Shown: positions 9,887-19,459 of the stretch, one piece after another | Layout: each line of letters opens with the position of its first letter | Numbering within the stretch: position 1 is the stretch's first letter | Origin: Candidatus Cloacimonadales bacterium | GTDB lineage: Bacteria; Cloacimonadota; Cloacimonadia; Cloacimonadales; JAIOQZ01 | DNA length: 64,000 nucleotides | Assembly: GCA_963662655.2 (NCBI GenBank) | Contig: CAXXTU010000002.1 | Span: 1,632,001-1,696,000, forward strand | Direction: 5' to 3' | Position numbers and translations under genes: made by a program | Notes under the pieces: model-generated | Told to the model about the DNA's origin: nothing | Database searches by the model: none | What the model saw: only the letters and a program-made list of their open reading frames with translations

Positions 9887-11385
9887 CAGTCGTTATTGCT
9901 GTATACGATCTCGCTACGTTTGATAACCTGTAAGACATCGATCGAACTGATATCGATCGAGCCCTCGATCGCTTCGCCCAGGCACACCATGTCGACCTGC
10001 ATTCCGGCCTTCAGCATTCCCAACCGCTGATCCTCACCGATCATCTTCGCCGGATTGACGGTGAACAGCCGAACGGCCTCTTCAGCGCTCAAACGCTCAT
10101 CGGGATTGTTATGATGGATTGCGGAGTGGATTCCTCTGAGCATGTTCAGCTCGGTGATGTACCAGTCCGTAGAACCTGCCACAAGGATGCCGCGATCCAC
10201 CATCGATTTCAGCCGGTTGGTTCGCTTCGTCCGTACCTCACCAAGCACCTCTTCGTAGAGCTGATCCTTGCCGCCCCATAAGTGATCGAACACGGGCTGC
10301 ATGGCCGCGTGAATTCCGTACTCGGCCATGTCGTCCAGCATTCTGTCGCTGGTCAGCTCGCAGTGAATGATTGTGTGATGCAGCTCGTTCGCACGCGTCT
10401 TGCCCAGCATTTTCACCGCGTCCACAATCTGCTGAATGGCCGCGTCGCCAATCGCGTGGACGAACACCTGAAGATTGTTCTCGCTGGCTTCCCGATAGAA
10501 CGCCTGCCAGAATGTATCGGAGCGGTACAGCGTTCCGCGTTTCCCCGCTTGGTCAGCATACGGCTTCTTCAATCCCGCCGTATGAGAGCCGAAAGACCCG
10601 TCCACCAAGATGCAGCCTCCGATCCTCTTCGAACCCAATTCCACCGCCTTCTCGATATCGAACATCTGTGGGTACAGAATGAACTCGACCGGGAAGTCTT
10701 GCACATGAGAAGCGAGCAGGCTGTAATGAAGCGGATCCTGAAAACTGTCTCCGACCATCGTGTGAATCGATGTGCAGCCGGCCTTCAGAGCAATCTGCGA
10801 GGCTTGTTGATATGCGCGTAGAATGCCTTCCTCGTCCAAGTTTCGATGAAACCAGTGCGCCGCGAGGTCGTTCCAGTGCTTGCGAACGGGATTCTGCCAC
10901 TCTTCCGGCAGCTTTCCGCGCCATTCGATGCGCTCGAACGCGAGCGTATTGAGCGCACAGGAGTGCCCGTCGACACGCCGTAGCAAGATGGAATAATCCC
11001 TGGAAACGCGATCCAGCTCTTCAACCGCAGGGAATCGCTTCTCGGCGATCGAATTCTCGTCAAAGCCGGAGGCGAAGATCATACCGCTGACGGGCTTTGT
11101 CTCTGTAAGTAGCTGCAACACCTCATCCAGCGATGTCGCGTTGCTCAAATCAGCGCCGAGGCTATAAAGCCCGCCCTCGAACGAGTGCGTATGCGCATCC
11201 GTGAAACCGGGATAGACATGCGCTTTCGCGAGGTCAACCCATTGTGCGTCCTGGATGTCGGATTCCTGTGGAATTTCCTCGAGAATGTCGAGGATCGTGC
11301 CATTCTCCGTAAGGATGGCTTTCGCTACGGGCCTTGCCTCATCAAGCGTGTGGAAGGTAGCGTTATGGTATACTATTTTACTCAT
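9886..11385 (-). CDS. amidohydrolase family 3 (YtcJ-like)
   Basis: PGFTDAHTH, DGH, DGSFGSHT, HAIGDAA, IIHCE, GSTD motifs. Confidence 0.88.
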   Translation of the reverse strand: MSKIVYHNATFHTLDEARPVAKAILTENGTILDILEEIPQESDIQDAQWVDLAKAHVYPGFTDAHTHSFEGGLYSLGADLSNATSLDEVLQLLTETKPVSGMIFASGFDENSIAEKRFPAVEELDRVSRDYSILLRRVDGHSCALNTLAFERIEWRGKLPEEWQNPVRKHWNDLAAHWFHRNLDEEGILRAYQQASQIALKAGCTSIHTMVGDSFQDPLHYSLLASHVQDFPVEFILYPQMFDIEKAVELGSKRIGGCILVDGSFGSHTAGLKKPYADQAGKRGTLYRSDTFWQAFYREASENNLQVFVHAIGDAAIQQIVDAVKMLGKTRANELHHTIIHCELTSDRMLDDMAEYGIHAAMQPVFDHLWGGKDQLYEEVLGEVRTKRTNRLKSMVDRGILVAGSTDWYITELNMLRGIHSAIHHNNPDERLSAEEAVRLFTVNPAKMIGEDQRLGMLKAGMQVDMVCLGEAIEGSIDISSIDVLQVIKRSEIVYSNND

Positions 11386-11972
11386 TTGTGTGGCTCCAGC
11401 AATCGGTGCAGCATATCCTGAAACAGGCGTACGGGAAATCCCATCACGTTGAAATAGCAGCCATTCACCTTATCGATAAACTGGCTTCCATATCCCTGAA
11501 TGCCGTATGCTCCGGCTTTGTCGAACGGTTCTCCCGTTTTCAAATATTGATGTATTTCTTCTTCGCTCAATTCCTTGAACGTAACCTGCGTTTTCTCGCA
11601 ATCGTAGACTTCGCTCGCTCCGCGGATCACGCAAACGCCGGTGTATACCGAATGCGTCTTTCCCGAGAGTCGTTTCAGGTAATCGATCGCGTTTTTACTT
11701 GAACCAGGCTTCCCTAGTATCTCGCCGCCCAGATAGACGATGGTGTCCGATCCCACAACGATGCAATCGGGATCCATATTCTTCGCAACAACGGCAGCTT
11801 TCTCCCGTGCGTGGCCGATTGCCGACTTCCGGGGATGCTTGTAAACAATTGTCTCATCGATATGCGCCGGCTGGATCAGCGCTGTCACGCCGATCATTTC
11901 GAAGATCGACTTTCTGCGCGGAGACGCCGAGGCAAGCACGATCTTGTGATTTTCCAGTAGTTTGTGTATCAT
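11382..11972 (-). CDS. maf: Maf family nucleoside triphosphate pyrophosphatase
   Basis: LASASPRR, GSDTIV, ILGKP, DKAGAYGIQ, NVMGFP. Confidence 0.93.
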   Translation of the reverse strand: MIHKLLENHKIVLASASPRRKSIFEMIGVTALIQPAHIDETIVYKHPRKSAIGHAREKAAVVAKNMDPDCIVVGSDTIVYLGGEILGKPGSSKNAIDYLKRLSGKTHSVYTGVCVIRGASEVYDCEKTQVTFKELSEEEIHQYLKTGEPFDKAGAYGIQGYGSQFIDKVNGCYFNVMGFPVRLFQDMLHRLLEPHK

Positions 11973-11973
11973 A

Positions 11974-13272
11974 TTACAGTTTTAAGAGCTTGGCAAGCTT
12001 GTCCTTTACAATGTTGAGATTGATGAATTTTTGTTCGCGTACCGAAATGATGATCAGCACGATGCCGACGGCCCCGAGCACAACGTTGGCGATCCACATG
12101 GAGACCATCGGAGAAACGAAGCCGCGATCAGAAAGCTCCTCACCGCCAATGAGGGCAATGTAGTAGACCAGGAACACGAAGGAGCTGACGGAGAAAGACA
12201 TCCCCACGCCGCTCGTGCGGGTCATCATGCCAACCGGAGCTCCGACGAGCACGAAGATCAGACACGCGAACGCGATGGCGTATTTCTTGTGAATCTCCAC
12301 CTGATAGATGCGGATATCCTTCTTCATGTCCTCGATCTTGTTGAGCTTGATGTTGATCATGTTACGGGTTTTCTTCAGTTCTTTCTGGTTCGCACCTGTA
12401 CGTTCGGTGTCTTCGAGCGAGTTCGCACGGTCATTGAGGGATACAAGCTCTTCCTGGGTGTCGAAAATCTCCCGCTCCCACTGCACGATCAGCTTCTTCA
12501 TATCTTTCGTGCTGAGTTCGCGATCTCCCCGCATGTCGGTGCTGAGTTCCTCTTGGGAGAAGCCCAGATCGGGGATGTTGAGCACGAATCGTTTGAAGGT
12601 CCGAACCTCGTAGCGATCCGTATCGGTGGCGTCTATGACGTGCATCTCTCCGTTATACAGAGTGGCTTTCAGGCTATTGCCGCCATTGGTGAGGACGATC
12701 TGTCCGCGTTCTGCGGTGATGGTCTGCGGGAACTTCCTCTCTTCCTGATTGTATATGAGGATGCCGTGCATCTCTTCGCCAACATGCTCTTTGACGTATA
12801 TCGTGTAATTCTTCAGCTCGGTGAACACGCCGGGTTTAAGCTCGGATATGGGGCGTCTTGATCTCGCTTTGATGTACATCTTGCTGAGCTCGTGATTGGC
12901 CTCCGGTAGTACACGATCATTGAAGAATACCATGAAAATCGAGAGCAGCAACGCTGCGATAACCGTTGGCCTTAAAAGCGTATAGATATTGATCCCGCAT
13001 GACTTGAAGGCTACGAGTTCGTTATCCGTCGACAGCCGCCCGAACGACATGATCGACGCCGTCAACACCGACATCGGCACCGACAGCGCCATGATAAAGG
13101 GCAGACTCAGCGTGAATATCCATCCGACCGTAAGCAATCCCAAGTGCTTATCGATGATAAGATTGAGAAGATCGATCAGGTGATCGAGCAGCAACAGAAA
13201 TGTGATCACCAGAAGCGAAACCAGAAATGGTTTCAGATTTTCTTTTAAAATATATTTTTCCAGAATTTTCAT
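11974..13272 (-). CDS. LptF/LptG family LPS export permease
   Basis: MKILEKYILKE start; PMSVL..FGRLSTDNELVAFKSCG; HKKYAIAFAC; hydrophobic segments. Confidence 0.9.
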   Translation of the reverse strand: MKILEKYILKENLKPFLVSLLVITFLLLLDHLIDLLNLIIDKHLGLLTVGWIFTLSLPFIMALSVPMSVLTASIMSFGRLSTDNELVAFKSCGINIYTLLRPTVIAALLLSIFMVFFNDRVLPEANHELSKMYIKARSRRPISELKPGVFTELKNYTIYVKEHVGEEMHGILIYNQEERKFPQTITAERGQIVLTNGGNSLKATLYNGEMHVIDATDTDRYEVRTFKRFVLNIPDLGFSQEELSTDMRGDRELSTKDMKKLIVQWEREIFDTQEELVSLNDRANSLEDTERTGANQKELKKTRNMINIKLNKIEDMKKDIRIYQVEIHKKYAIAFACLIFVLVGAPVGMMTRTSGVGMSFSVSSFVFLVYYIALIGGEELSDRGFVSPMVSMWIANVVLGAVGIVLIIISVREQKFINLNIVKDKLAKLLKL

Positions 13273-13426
13273 TATTATCTTACGTTTCCTTCTTACAGCC
13301 TGTTTACTGCACACGGCAATCGGCGTCAATAAAAAATGCGATTCAACCGGATCATGAAAGACACCAATGAGATGAACACATCGGATTCAGACATACGATT
13401 GGATATTCCCGAATCTTTCAGATAAT

Positions 13427-13443
13427 TGGGAACATTTTATGCA
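13427..13443 (+). promoter_or_regulatory. possible sigma-54 (-24/-12) promoter
   Basis: GG(13429-30)-N10-GC(13441-42) in TGGGAACATTTTATGCA, about 60 nt upstream of ATG 13502. Confidence 0.3.
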
Positions 13444-13501
13444 TGACATTGTTATGTTAGTGGTTCACAGAGAGTGTTAATACTGGAATGGAATAGTACA
13501 T

Positions 13502-14470
13502 ATGAAGAAAACACACAAGGGTTCGAGCATCCATATCTGGATGCAATACAACCCCGAAATCACATTGGAAGAATGGGACGCGCGTTTTCATCGCTTGAAA
13601 AACCTGAGGATTCAACGCGTGTTTATGTCGGGAACTTTTGGTAAGGATATTTTAAATTTAGCAAATAATTATCACATAGAGTTACACGCCTGGATACATA
13701 TTGTAAAAAATAGCGACACACATCTGATTAATTATCATAAAGATTGGTTCATGGTCAACCGGAACAGGGCATCCTCTGCCGGGCACTCCAACTGGCTTTG
13801 CATGAACAACCCCGTCGCCCTCGACTTCGTTCTGAAGAATATCGAAATGCTTTGCATGAACAGGCAGATCGACGGGATCCACATGGATTCCATCCGCTAC
13901 CCGCAGGTCGTTCAGCTGGATCAGCCACTCCTGGAATCAGAGTACCCCAATCATGCCGATACCGATGAGACGGATCACTGCTACTGCTCCTTCTGTCGCG
14001 AAAAGTTCAAGAGGAAGCACGGCGTCGATCCAATCGATCTGGCGGACCCGGACACCAACGAGAAGTGGCGAAATTTTCGCATCGAGACTATCAACAAAGT
14101 GGTCAGGCAGATTACGAACATCGCTCGTAAGTACCGTAAGTTCATCTCGGCAATGGTTTACCCGACTCCTGAGATCGCGCACAACGTTGCTTTCCAGGAG
14201 TGGGAGAAGTGGGACATCGACGCTATCTATCCGGCGTTGTTCAACGACCTCTTTCTCGAGGGAAGCCAGTGGCTTTCCCGCTGCATCCACGAAGGCATCG
14301 AGGCGGCCAACATACCCCTTTACGCAGGACTGCACTTACCGTCTTTCTCGGCTGAAATGCTCGATATCGCCCTCGATGCAGTGTGGGAGGCATCAGGAAG
14401 CGCGCTCTTCGCGTTCGAGAACCTCCGCCACGAGCATGACGACGTCTTGAGAAGAAGAAGATTTATGTGA
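13502..14470 (+). CDS. putative glycoside hydrolase (GHL10/DUF187-like TIM barrel)
   Basis: ELHAW, WLC.NNP, DGIHMDSIRYP, CYCSFC, QEWEKW; no signal peptide. Confidence 0.7.
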   Translation: MKKTHKGSSIHIWMQYNPEITLEEWDARFHRLKNLRIQRVFMSGTFGKDILNLANNYHIELHAWIHIVKNSDTHLINYHKDWFMVNRNRASSAGHSNWLCMNNPVALDFVLKNIEMLCMNRQIDGIHMDSIRYPQVVQLDQPLLESEYPNHADTDETDHCYCSFCREKFKRKHGVDPIDLADPDTNEKWRNFRIETINKVVRQITNIARKYRKFISAMVYPTPEIAHNVAFQEWEKWDIDAIYPALFNDLFLEGSQWLSRCIHEGIEAANIPLYAGLHLPSFSAEMLDIALDAVWEASGSALFAFENLRHEHDDVLRRRRFM

Positions 14471-14480
14471 TTCTCCGACC

Positions 14481-14600
14481 GAAATGCGCTCGGGAGAGAA
14501 GCGGTCCCATCGAAGAATTGGCAGGGATTTTGCCCGGTTATTTAGCAAAATCCCTGCCATTTCTTCGATCGCCCACCCACCCATCAAACGAGCGCATTTC
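14481..14600. other. long hairpin with large central bubble
   Basis: GAAATGCGCTCG/CGAGCGCATTTC outer stem (12 bp); inner stem 14509-14533/14545-14569 (24 of 25 bp); 16 and 19 nt internal loop. Confidence 0.7.
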
Positions 14601-14612
14601 TCGTTAGCACTA

Positions 14613-14741
14613 GGCGGGAGCAGATTGGTTTGATGGCGCTATCCAATGTGGTGTTTCACAGTTCTGCCTCCTTACTTCTCTGATTTGCAGGACTGTGGTA
14701 TATCCACATTGGATGGCGCCATCGGGCGAAGATGCCCCGCC
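14613..14741 (+). repeat. Family 2 rod-shaped structured element, copy B
   Basis: Same conserved blocks as 7555-7673 (14648-14659, 14695-14707, 14721-14735) with different stems. Confidence 0.85.
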
Positions 14742-14831
14742 GGCAGCCCACGCGAAAAACTTTCTATTGACAGACATTCCCCCAAATCCTTAATGAGAAG
14801 AACATACCAATTGTAATCACAGGAGTAAGAT

Positions 14832-16268
14832 ATGTCGAACAAGGTACGGGTGAGATTCGCACCCAGTCCAACCGGAATGCTGCACCTGGGCGGCTTGCGA
14901 ACAGCGCTTTACGACTACGTATTCGCAGCCCATAATCAGGGTAACTTTATCCTCCGCATCGAGGACACGGATCGCACACGATTTGTCGAGGGAGCCTTTG
15001 AAAACCTCGTAGGCACCCTGGAAGACATGGGGTTGTTTTACGACGAAGGTCCCGGAAAAGGCGGTCCCTACGCGCCTTACATCCAGTCGGAGCGTCTCGA
15101 TAAATACAAACAGGTAGCCGACCAGTTGGTGGAACAGGGCGACGCGTATCCGTGCTTCTGTAGCAAGGAACGCCTGGATGAAATCCGCGCGGTTCAACAG
15201 CAGAACAAAGAGCCGATCAAATACGACGGCTTCTGCCGCAACATGTCGAAGGAAGAAGCCCAAAAGCGCATCGAAGCCGGTGAGCCGTATGTGATCCGCC
15301 TGAAAATGCCGGTAGAAGGCTCGTACAATTTCAGCGATCTGATTCGCGGCGACGTCTCCATCGAAGCATCGCAGATCGACGACCAGGTAATCATCAAGTC
15401 GGACGGATTCCCGACGTACCACCTTGCAGCCATCGTTGACGATCACCTCATGGAGATATCGCACGTACTGCGTGGCGAAGAGTGGCTCTCCAGTACTCCC
15501 AAGCATATCCAGATATACAAGGCGATGGGTTGGGAACAACCGATCTGGGTACACCTACCTCTCATACTCAACACGGACAAGAGTAAGCTTAGCAAGCGCC
15601 ACGGCGATTTCTCCGTTGGCGCGTTTATGAAGAAAGGCTTCCTGAAAGAAGCGTTGATCAACTTCGTCGCGCTCCTGGGCTGGCACCCATCCGAGGACAA
15701 GGAAATCTTCTCGTTGCAAGAGATGATCGAGGACTTCTCTTTCGAGAAAGTCAACAAGGCGGGTGCCGTGTTCGATATGACCAAGCTGGAGTGGATGAAC
15801 GGCATGTACATGCGTAGCATTCCGCTGGAAGAGCTCACGCAGCGCGCGAGAGAATGGTTCGAGGAAGCGGGTATCGATCCGGGAACGGACGAGAAGCTTG
15901 CCCGGGCGCTGGATACTGCTCGCGACTACGCAACGCTGATGCCCGAGCTTGTCGAACACTCGAAAATCTACTATGAACGGCCGGTGTTTGAGGACGAGCA
16001 GATTGAAATCCTGAGAAGCGACGCGTCTAAAACCGTCTGCCGCTATATCATCGAACAACTTTCGACAAAGACAGACTGGACGAAGGACGATGTCGGCGAG
16101 ATGGTCAAGCAGGGGATGAAGGCACTCGAGCTGAAGGGAAAACAGTACTACCCTCCTATCCGCCTCTCGCTTATCGGCAGGACGCAAGGACCGGATATTC
16201 CGCGGATCGTGTACAGCCTCGGAATCGAAGAGACCATCGAACGATTTACAAAAGCAATGGAATTATAA
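14832..16268 (+). CDS. gltX: glutamate--tRNA ligase
   Basis: RFAPSPTG, HLGG (HIGH), RIEDTD, PTYH, RGEEW, KLSKR; AGGAG RBS. Confidence 0.97.
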   Translation: MSNKVRVRFAPSPTGMLHLGGLRTALYDYVFAAHNQGNFILRIEDTDRTRFVEGAFENLVGTLEDMGLFYDEGPGKGGPYAPYIQSERLDKYKQVADQLVEQGDAYPCFCSKERLDEIRAVQQQNKEPIKYDGFCRNMSKEEAQKRIEAGEPYVIRLKMPVEGSYNFSDLIRGDVSIEASQIDDQVIIKSDGFPTYHLAAIVDDHLMEISHVLRGEEWLSSTPKHIQIYKAMGWEQPIWVHLPLILNTDKSKLSKRHGDFSVGAFMKKGFLKEALINFVALLGWHPSEDKEIFSLQEMIEDFSFEKVNKAGAVFDMTKLEWMNGMYMRSIPLEELTQRAREWFEEAGIDPGTDEKLARALDTARDYATLMPELVEHSKIYYERPVFEDEQIEILRSDASKTVCRYIIEQLSTKTDWTKDDVGEMVKQGMKALELKGKQYYPPIRLSLIGRTQGPDIPRIVYSLGIEETIERFTKAMEL

Positions 16269-16285
16269 ACAACAAAGGAGACATC

Positions 16286-16891
16286 ATGCATTTCAGAAGA
16301 CTCATCGGAAAAAAATGTTATCTCTCCCCACTCGATCCTGCGGATAGCGAAAAGTACACCGAATGGATCAACGATAGCGAGGTTCTTCAATACCTTGCAA
16401 TCAACCACAAGATTTACAACATGGGTGTTGAGCAAGACATTCTGGAAGAAAAGGCGATCAATCAGGAGCCGGCGTTCTCCATTGTCGACGCGCAAACCGA
16501 AAAGCTGATCGGAAGCTGCGATCTCCACAATATCGACTACATCAATGGCACCGGCGAAATGGGCATCATGATCGGCGACAAGAACTACTGGAATCGCGGT
16601 TTCGGCGTCGACGCCACCAGTCTCCTGCTCGACTATGCCTTCAACGTGCTGAATCTGAGCAACGTCATGCTGATGGTCGACAACTTCAACAAGCGCGCAA
16701 TCAAATGCTTCACCAAAGTTGGCTTCAAGGAAATCGGCTGCCGCCGTGCCGCGAAGAATCTCGCAGGCGAGAAACACGACGTGCTTTACATGGACCTGCT
16801 TTCCAGCGAGTTCGAGAGTCCTTTCATCGCCAACACGATCGCCAAGACCCTGAGCGAGCACACGAGCGAGAAGATTCAGATACTCAGCTAA
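16286..16891 (+). CDS. GNAT N-acetyltransferase, RimJ/RimL family
   Basis: EMGIMIGDKNYWNRGFG, NKRAIKCFTKVGF. Confidence 0.88.
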   Translation: MHFRRLIGKKCYLSPLDPADSEKYTEWINDSEVLQYLAINHKIYNMGVEQDILEEKAINQEPAFSIVDAQTEKLIGSCDLHNIDYINGTGEMGIMIGDKNYWNRGFGVDATSLLLDYAFNVLNLSNVMLMVDNFNKRAIKCFTKVGFKEIGCRRAAKNLAGEKHDVLYMDLLSSEFESPFIANTIAKTLSEHTSEKIQILS

Positions 16892-16908
16892 GACAACGAC
16901 AGTTTAAC

Positions 16909-18033
16909 ATGTCACTTTACGAACACATCCACGGACAGGATCGACCAATCTCGATCCTGAAGCACGCCGTGCAGGAGAATCGCTTTGCGCAAAGCTACCT
17001 CTTCCACGGCCCCAAGGGCGTAGGAAAATTCTCCAGCGCACTATATTTCGGAATGGCGCTCAATTGCCATTCTGCGCGGGGGAATCGGCCTTGCGGCACT
17101 TGTTCGTCGTGCAAAAAGTTCCTTTCCTTCTCGCATCCGGATTTCATCTACATCTTCCCCACGCCAAATCTCAACATTACACCCGAGGGCGAAATCAAGA
17201 ACACGAAGCTGTTGGGGGAATACCAGTCGTACATCGAAAACCGCAGGACGACCCCCTGGAAAGCCTTCTTTTTTTCCAGCAACGTGGAAATTCGCAGGGA
17301 CATGATTCTCATGCTGCAACACCGCATCAGCATGTCTCCCAACGAAGGAAGATACAAGGTTTACATCATCGAGAATGCCGAGTTGCTGAACATCTCGGCG
17401 GCAAACACATTCCTGAAAACACTGGAAGAACCGCCCTCGGACACGGTCATTATCCTGACAACGACCAAAGCCGATTCGATGCTGCCAACAATACGCTCGA
17501 GATGCCAGAAAATAGCCTTCCAGGCTGTTCCGCGAACGAGCATCGAGCAGTTGTTGAGAAGCGAACGCGCTTTGGATGGAATCGAAGCGAAAACCTATGC
17601 CCGAATCGCCAATGGAGATGTCGAGAAAGCCTTGCAGCTCATTGAAGAAGGCGGAATCGAATTACGGAAGGTCTCCCTGGACTTCATGGAGATTCTCGCC
17701 GCTAACGACGATCCTGCAATGATCGATTTCCTGAGGCATCACCGGGGGAATCTCACTCAGAGCGCGCTTTCCGATTTCATCTCCTACGTGAACCTCTGGC
17801 TTGGTGACATCGCCAATTACAAGAACAATCCCTCGGATGTCGCAAACATCGATAAAACGGAGCTCTTCGATTTCTTTTATCGACGAAAGCACGATATCGA
17901 CGAGAACATCAACGTAATGGTTCAGTATCTGGACAATCTGAAGCGCAAGGTGGACGGTCATGTCAATCCGATGCTGATCCTGATCGAACTCTATCAGTAT
18001 CTCAGTGAACAGTTCGGATTTCATCAGAGGTAG
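16909..18033 (+). CDS. holB: DNA polymerase III subunit delta-prime
   Basis: SYLFHGPKGVGK, zinc cysteines, HPD, ANTFLKTLEEPP, LPTIRSRC; start placed at MSLYEH. Confidence 0.92.
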   Translation: MSLYEHIHGQDRPISILKHAVQENRFAQSYLFHGPKGVGKFSSALYFGMALNCHSARGNRPCGTCSSCKKFLSFSHPDFIYIFPTPNLNITPEGEIKNTKLLGEYQSYIENRRTTPWKAFFFSSNVEIRRDMILMLQHRISMSPNEGRYKVYIIENAELLNISAANTFLKTLEEPPSDTVIILTTTKADSMLPTIRSRCQKIAFQAVPRTSIEQLLRSERALDGIEAKTYARIANGDVEKALQLIEEGGIELRKVSLDFMEILAANDDPAMIDFLRHHRGNLTQSALSDFISYVNLWLGDIANYKNNPSDVANIDKTELFDFFYRRKHDIDENINVMVQYLDNLKRKVDGHVNPMLILIELYQYLSEQFGFHQR

Positions 18034-18038
18034 TAATC

Positions 18039-18434
18039 ATGAGAGAAGTGCGACTTGTAAATATTAAGGACGGCATGATCCTGGCGAAAGACATCTACAC
18101 GCCGAAAGGCAAGATTCTTCTGCGTCATGGCTCCCGTCTGGAAGAGTACAAAGAGATGCTGTCTTCGATGAACATCAAGAAGGTAATGGTTTTCGAAGAT
18201 GGCGACGACGACATTGCTGAAACAATACCGGAGGAGGAGCGGCAGCTTCTCGCCCGATCCGTGATTCACGATGTCGAAGAAATTTTTAAATTCTGCAAGT
18301 ACGATACATACATGGATAAGCTGATGGATGTTGTCATCGATCACCTTATCCAGGAAAGATGGGAGCATGGAGAGACAAGATTTATTGATCCGGTTGAACC
18401 AGATCCAGGAGCAGCAACAGGATTATTTGGCTAA
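18039..18434 (+). CDS. small protein resembling the N-terminal module of HD-GYP/HDOD proteins
   Basis: IKDGMILAKDIYTPKGKILLRHG motif; GAGG RBS; overlaps the next gene by 68 nt. Confidence 0.7.
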   Translation: MREVRLVNIKDGMILAKDIYTPKGKILLRHGSRLEEYKEMLSSMNIKKVMVFEDGDDDIAETIPEEERQLLARSVIHDVEEIFKFCKYDTYMDKLMDVVIDHLIQERWEHGETRFIDPVEPDPGAATGLFG

Positions 18435-19230
18435 GACAGCCGCTCTGATCGAGTTCAAACATTTGATACGCAAACCGACGGTCAACGCTGTCGAAATCGT
18501 AGAGGTTCTCGAGAAAGACACGTCTCTAGTTGCCGAGCTGTTGCGAAAGTCCAACTCCCCAATTTATGGGTTGGTTAAAAAGGTCAAGACGATCCAGCAG
18601 GCAATCGCCGTGATCGGTTTGGACCAGGTGGCGCAGATATTCACTCTCGATACCGTGCAAAAAATGCTTTTGCCTGAAGTTCCCTCCGGACAGGCTCAGG
18701 AGCTTTGGAAGCATTCGGTGGCTGTCGCGGTGGCTACACGGCACCTTGCATCTCTAACTATAAAGAAGCGTTACTGGGAGGAATATTTCCTCGCCGGATT
18801 GCTGCACGATATCGGCAAATTCATCATCATCAAGCATCTTCCGGACGTCAACATGGCGATTGAGAGGGAGATGAGGATGAATCCCGGTATGCGTCAGCTT
18901 GTTGCGGAGCAGTCGGTCATGTCCATGACTCATCAAGAGATCGGTGCATTCTTCACGGAGATGTGGAACTTCCCGGATTATTTGGTCTCTTCCATACGAC
19001 ATCACCACTTCTTCGAGCTCGCGAAATCCGACAAGGCTATCGTCGCTGCGGTTACTGCCGGCAACAATATCGCGAAGGCAATGATGATCGGGGACTCGGG
19101 AAACAAGTACGTCGAACCGCTTCCCAGATGGGTCTGGCAGCTTCTTGGAATACAGCCAAAGGATTTCGACATGGTCGTGAGGATGGTTTACAGGCAGTAC
19201 AATGGCGTTATGAATATGTTCGATTTCTGA
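18367..19230 (+). CDS. HDOD domain protein
   Basis: D.SLVAELLRKSNSPIYG, IQQAIAVIG, WKHS, GLLHDIGK, HQEIG, W.FP, HHH. Confidence 0.9.
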   Translation: MERQDLLIRLNQIQEQQQDYLAKTAALIEFKHLIRKPTVNAVEIVEVLEKDTSLVAELLRKSNSPIYGLVKKVKTIQQAIAVIGLDQVAQIFTLDTVQKMLLPEVPSGQAQELWKHSVAVAVATRHLASLTIKKRYWEEYFLAGLLHDIGKFIIIKHLPDVNMAIEREMRMNPGMRQLVAEQSVMSMTHQEIGAFFTEMWNFPDYLVSSIRHHHFFELAKSDKAIVAAVTAGNNIAKAMMIGDSGNKYVEPLPRWVWQLLGIQPKDFDMVVRMVYRQYNGVMNMFDF

Positions 19231-19239
19231 CCACCACCC

Positions 19240-19412
19240 GCGCGCGGGACGGCGCGGAAGCCAATGAATCCCACAAGATATATCAGATGAGATCAAATCG
19301 AAGATGAAATATCTTGTGGGATTTTTTTTGGCTTCCTGGAAATGATTTATGCTGTTTGTTCTGACAGCATAAATCATTTCTGTGCGCGAAGCGCACGCGC
19401 CGTCCCCCGCGC
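19240..19412 (+). repeat. Family 1 four-way-junction palindromic element, copy 2
   Basis: P1 19240-19255/19397-19412; P2 19256-19336; P3 19339-19355/19364-19380; P4 GTGCGCGAAGCGCAC 19382-19396. Confidence 0.85.
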
Positions 19413-19459
19413 TGGCTTGCTGAGCGTATGCGAGTCGACAACGAGTGGAGCGAGCGGTT

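Noticed and set aside
14475..14741. Canonical integron attC sites
   Set aside because: No RYYYAAC...GTTRRRY pair bounds the hairpins, there is no tandem cassette array and no integrase in the window.
16705..16908. N-terminal extensions in the ORF track (holB, recR, Ig-like protein, S8 protease and others)
   Set aside because: They overlap upstream genes or intergenic DNA; motifs and RBS placement support the downstream starts used.
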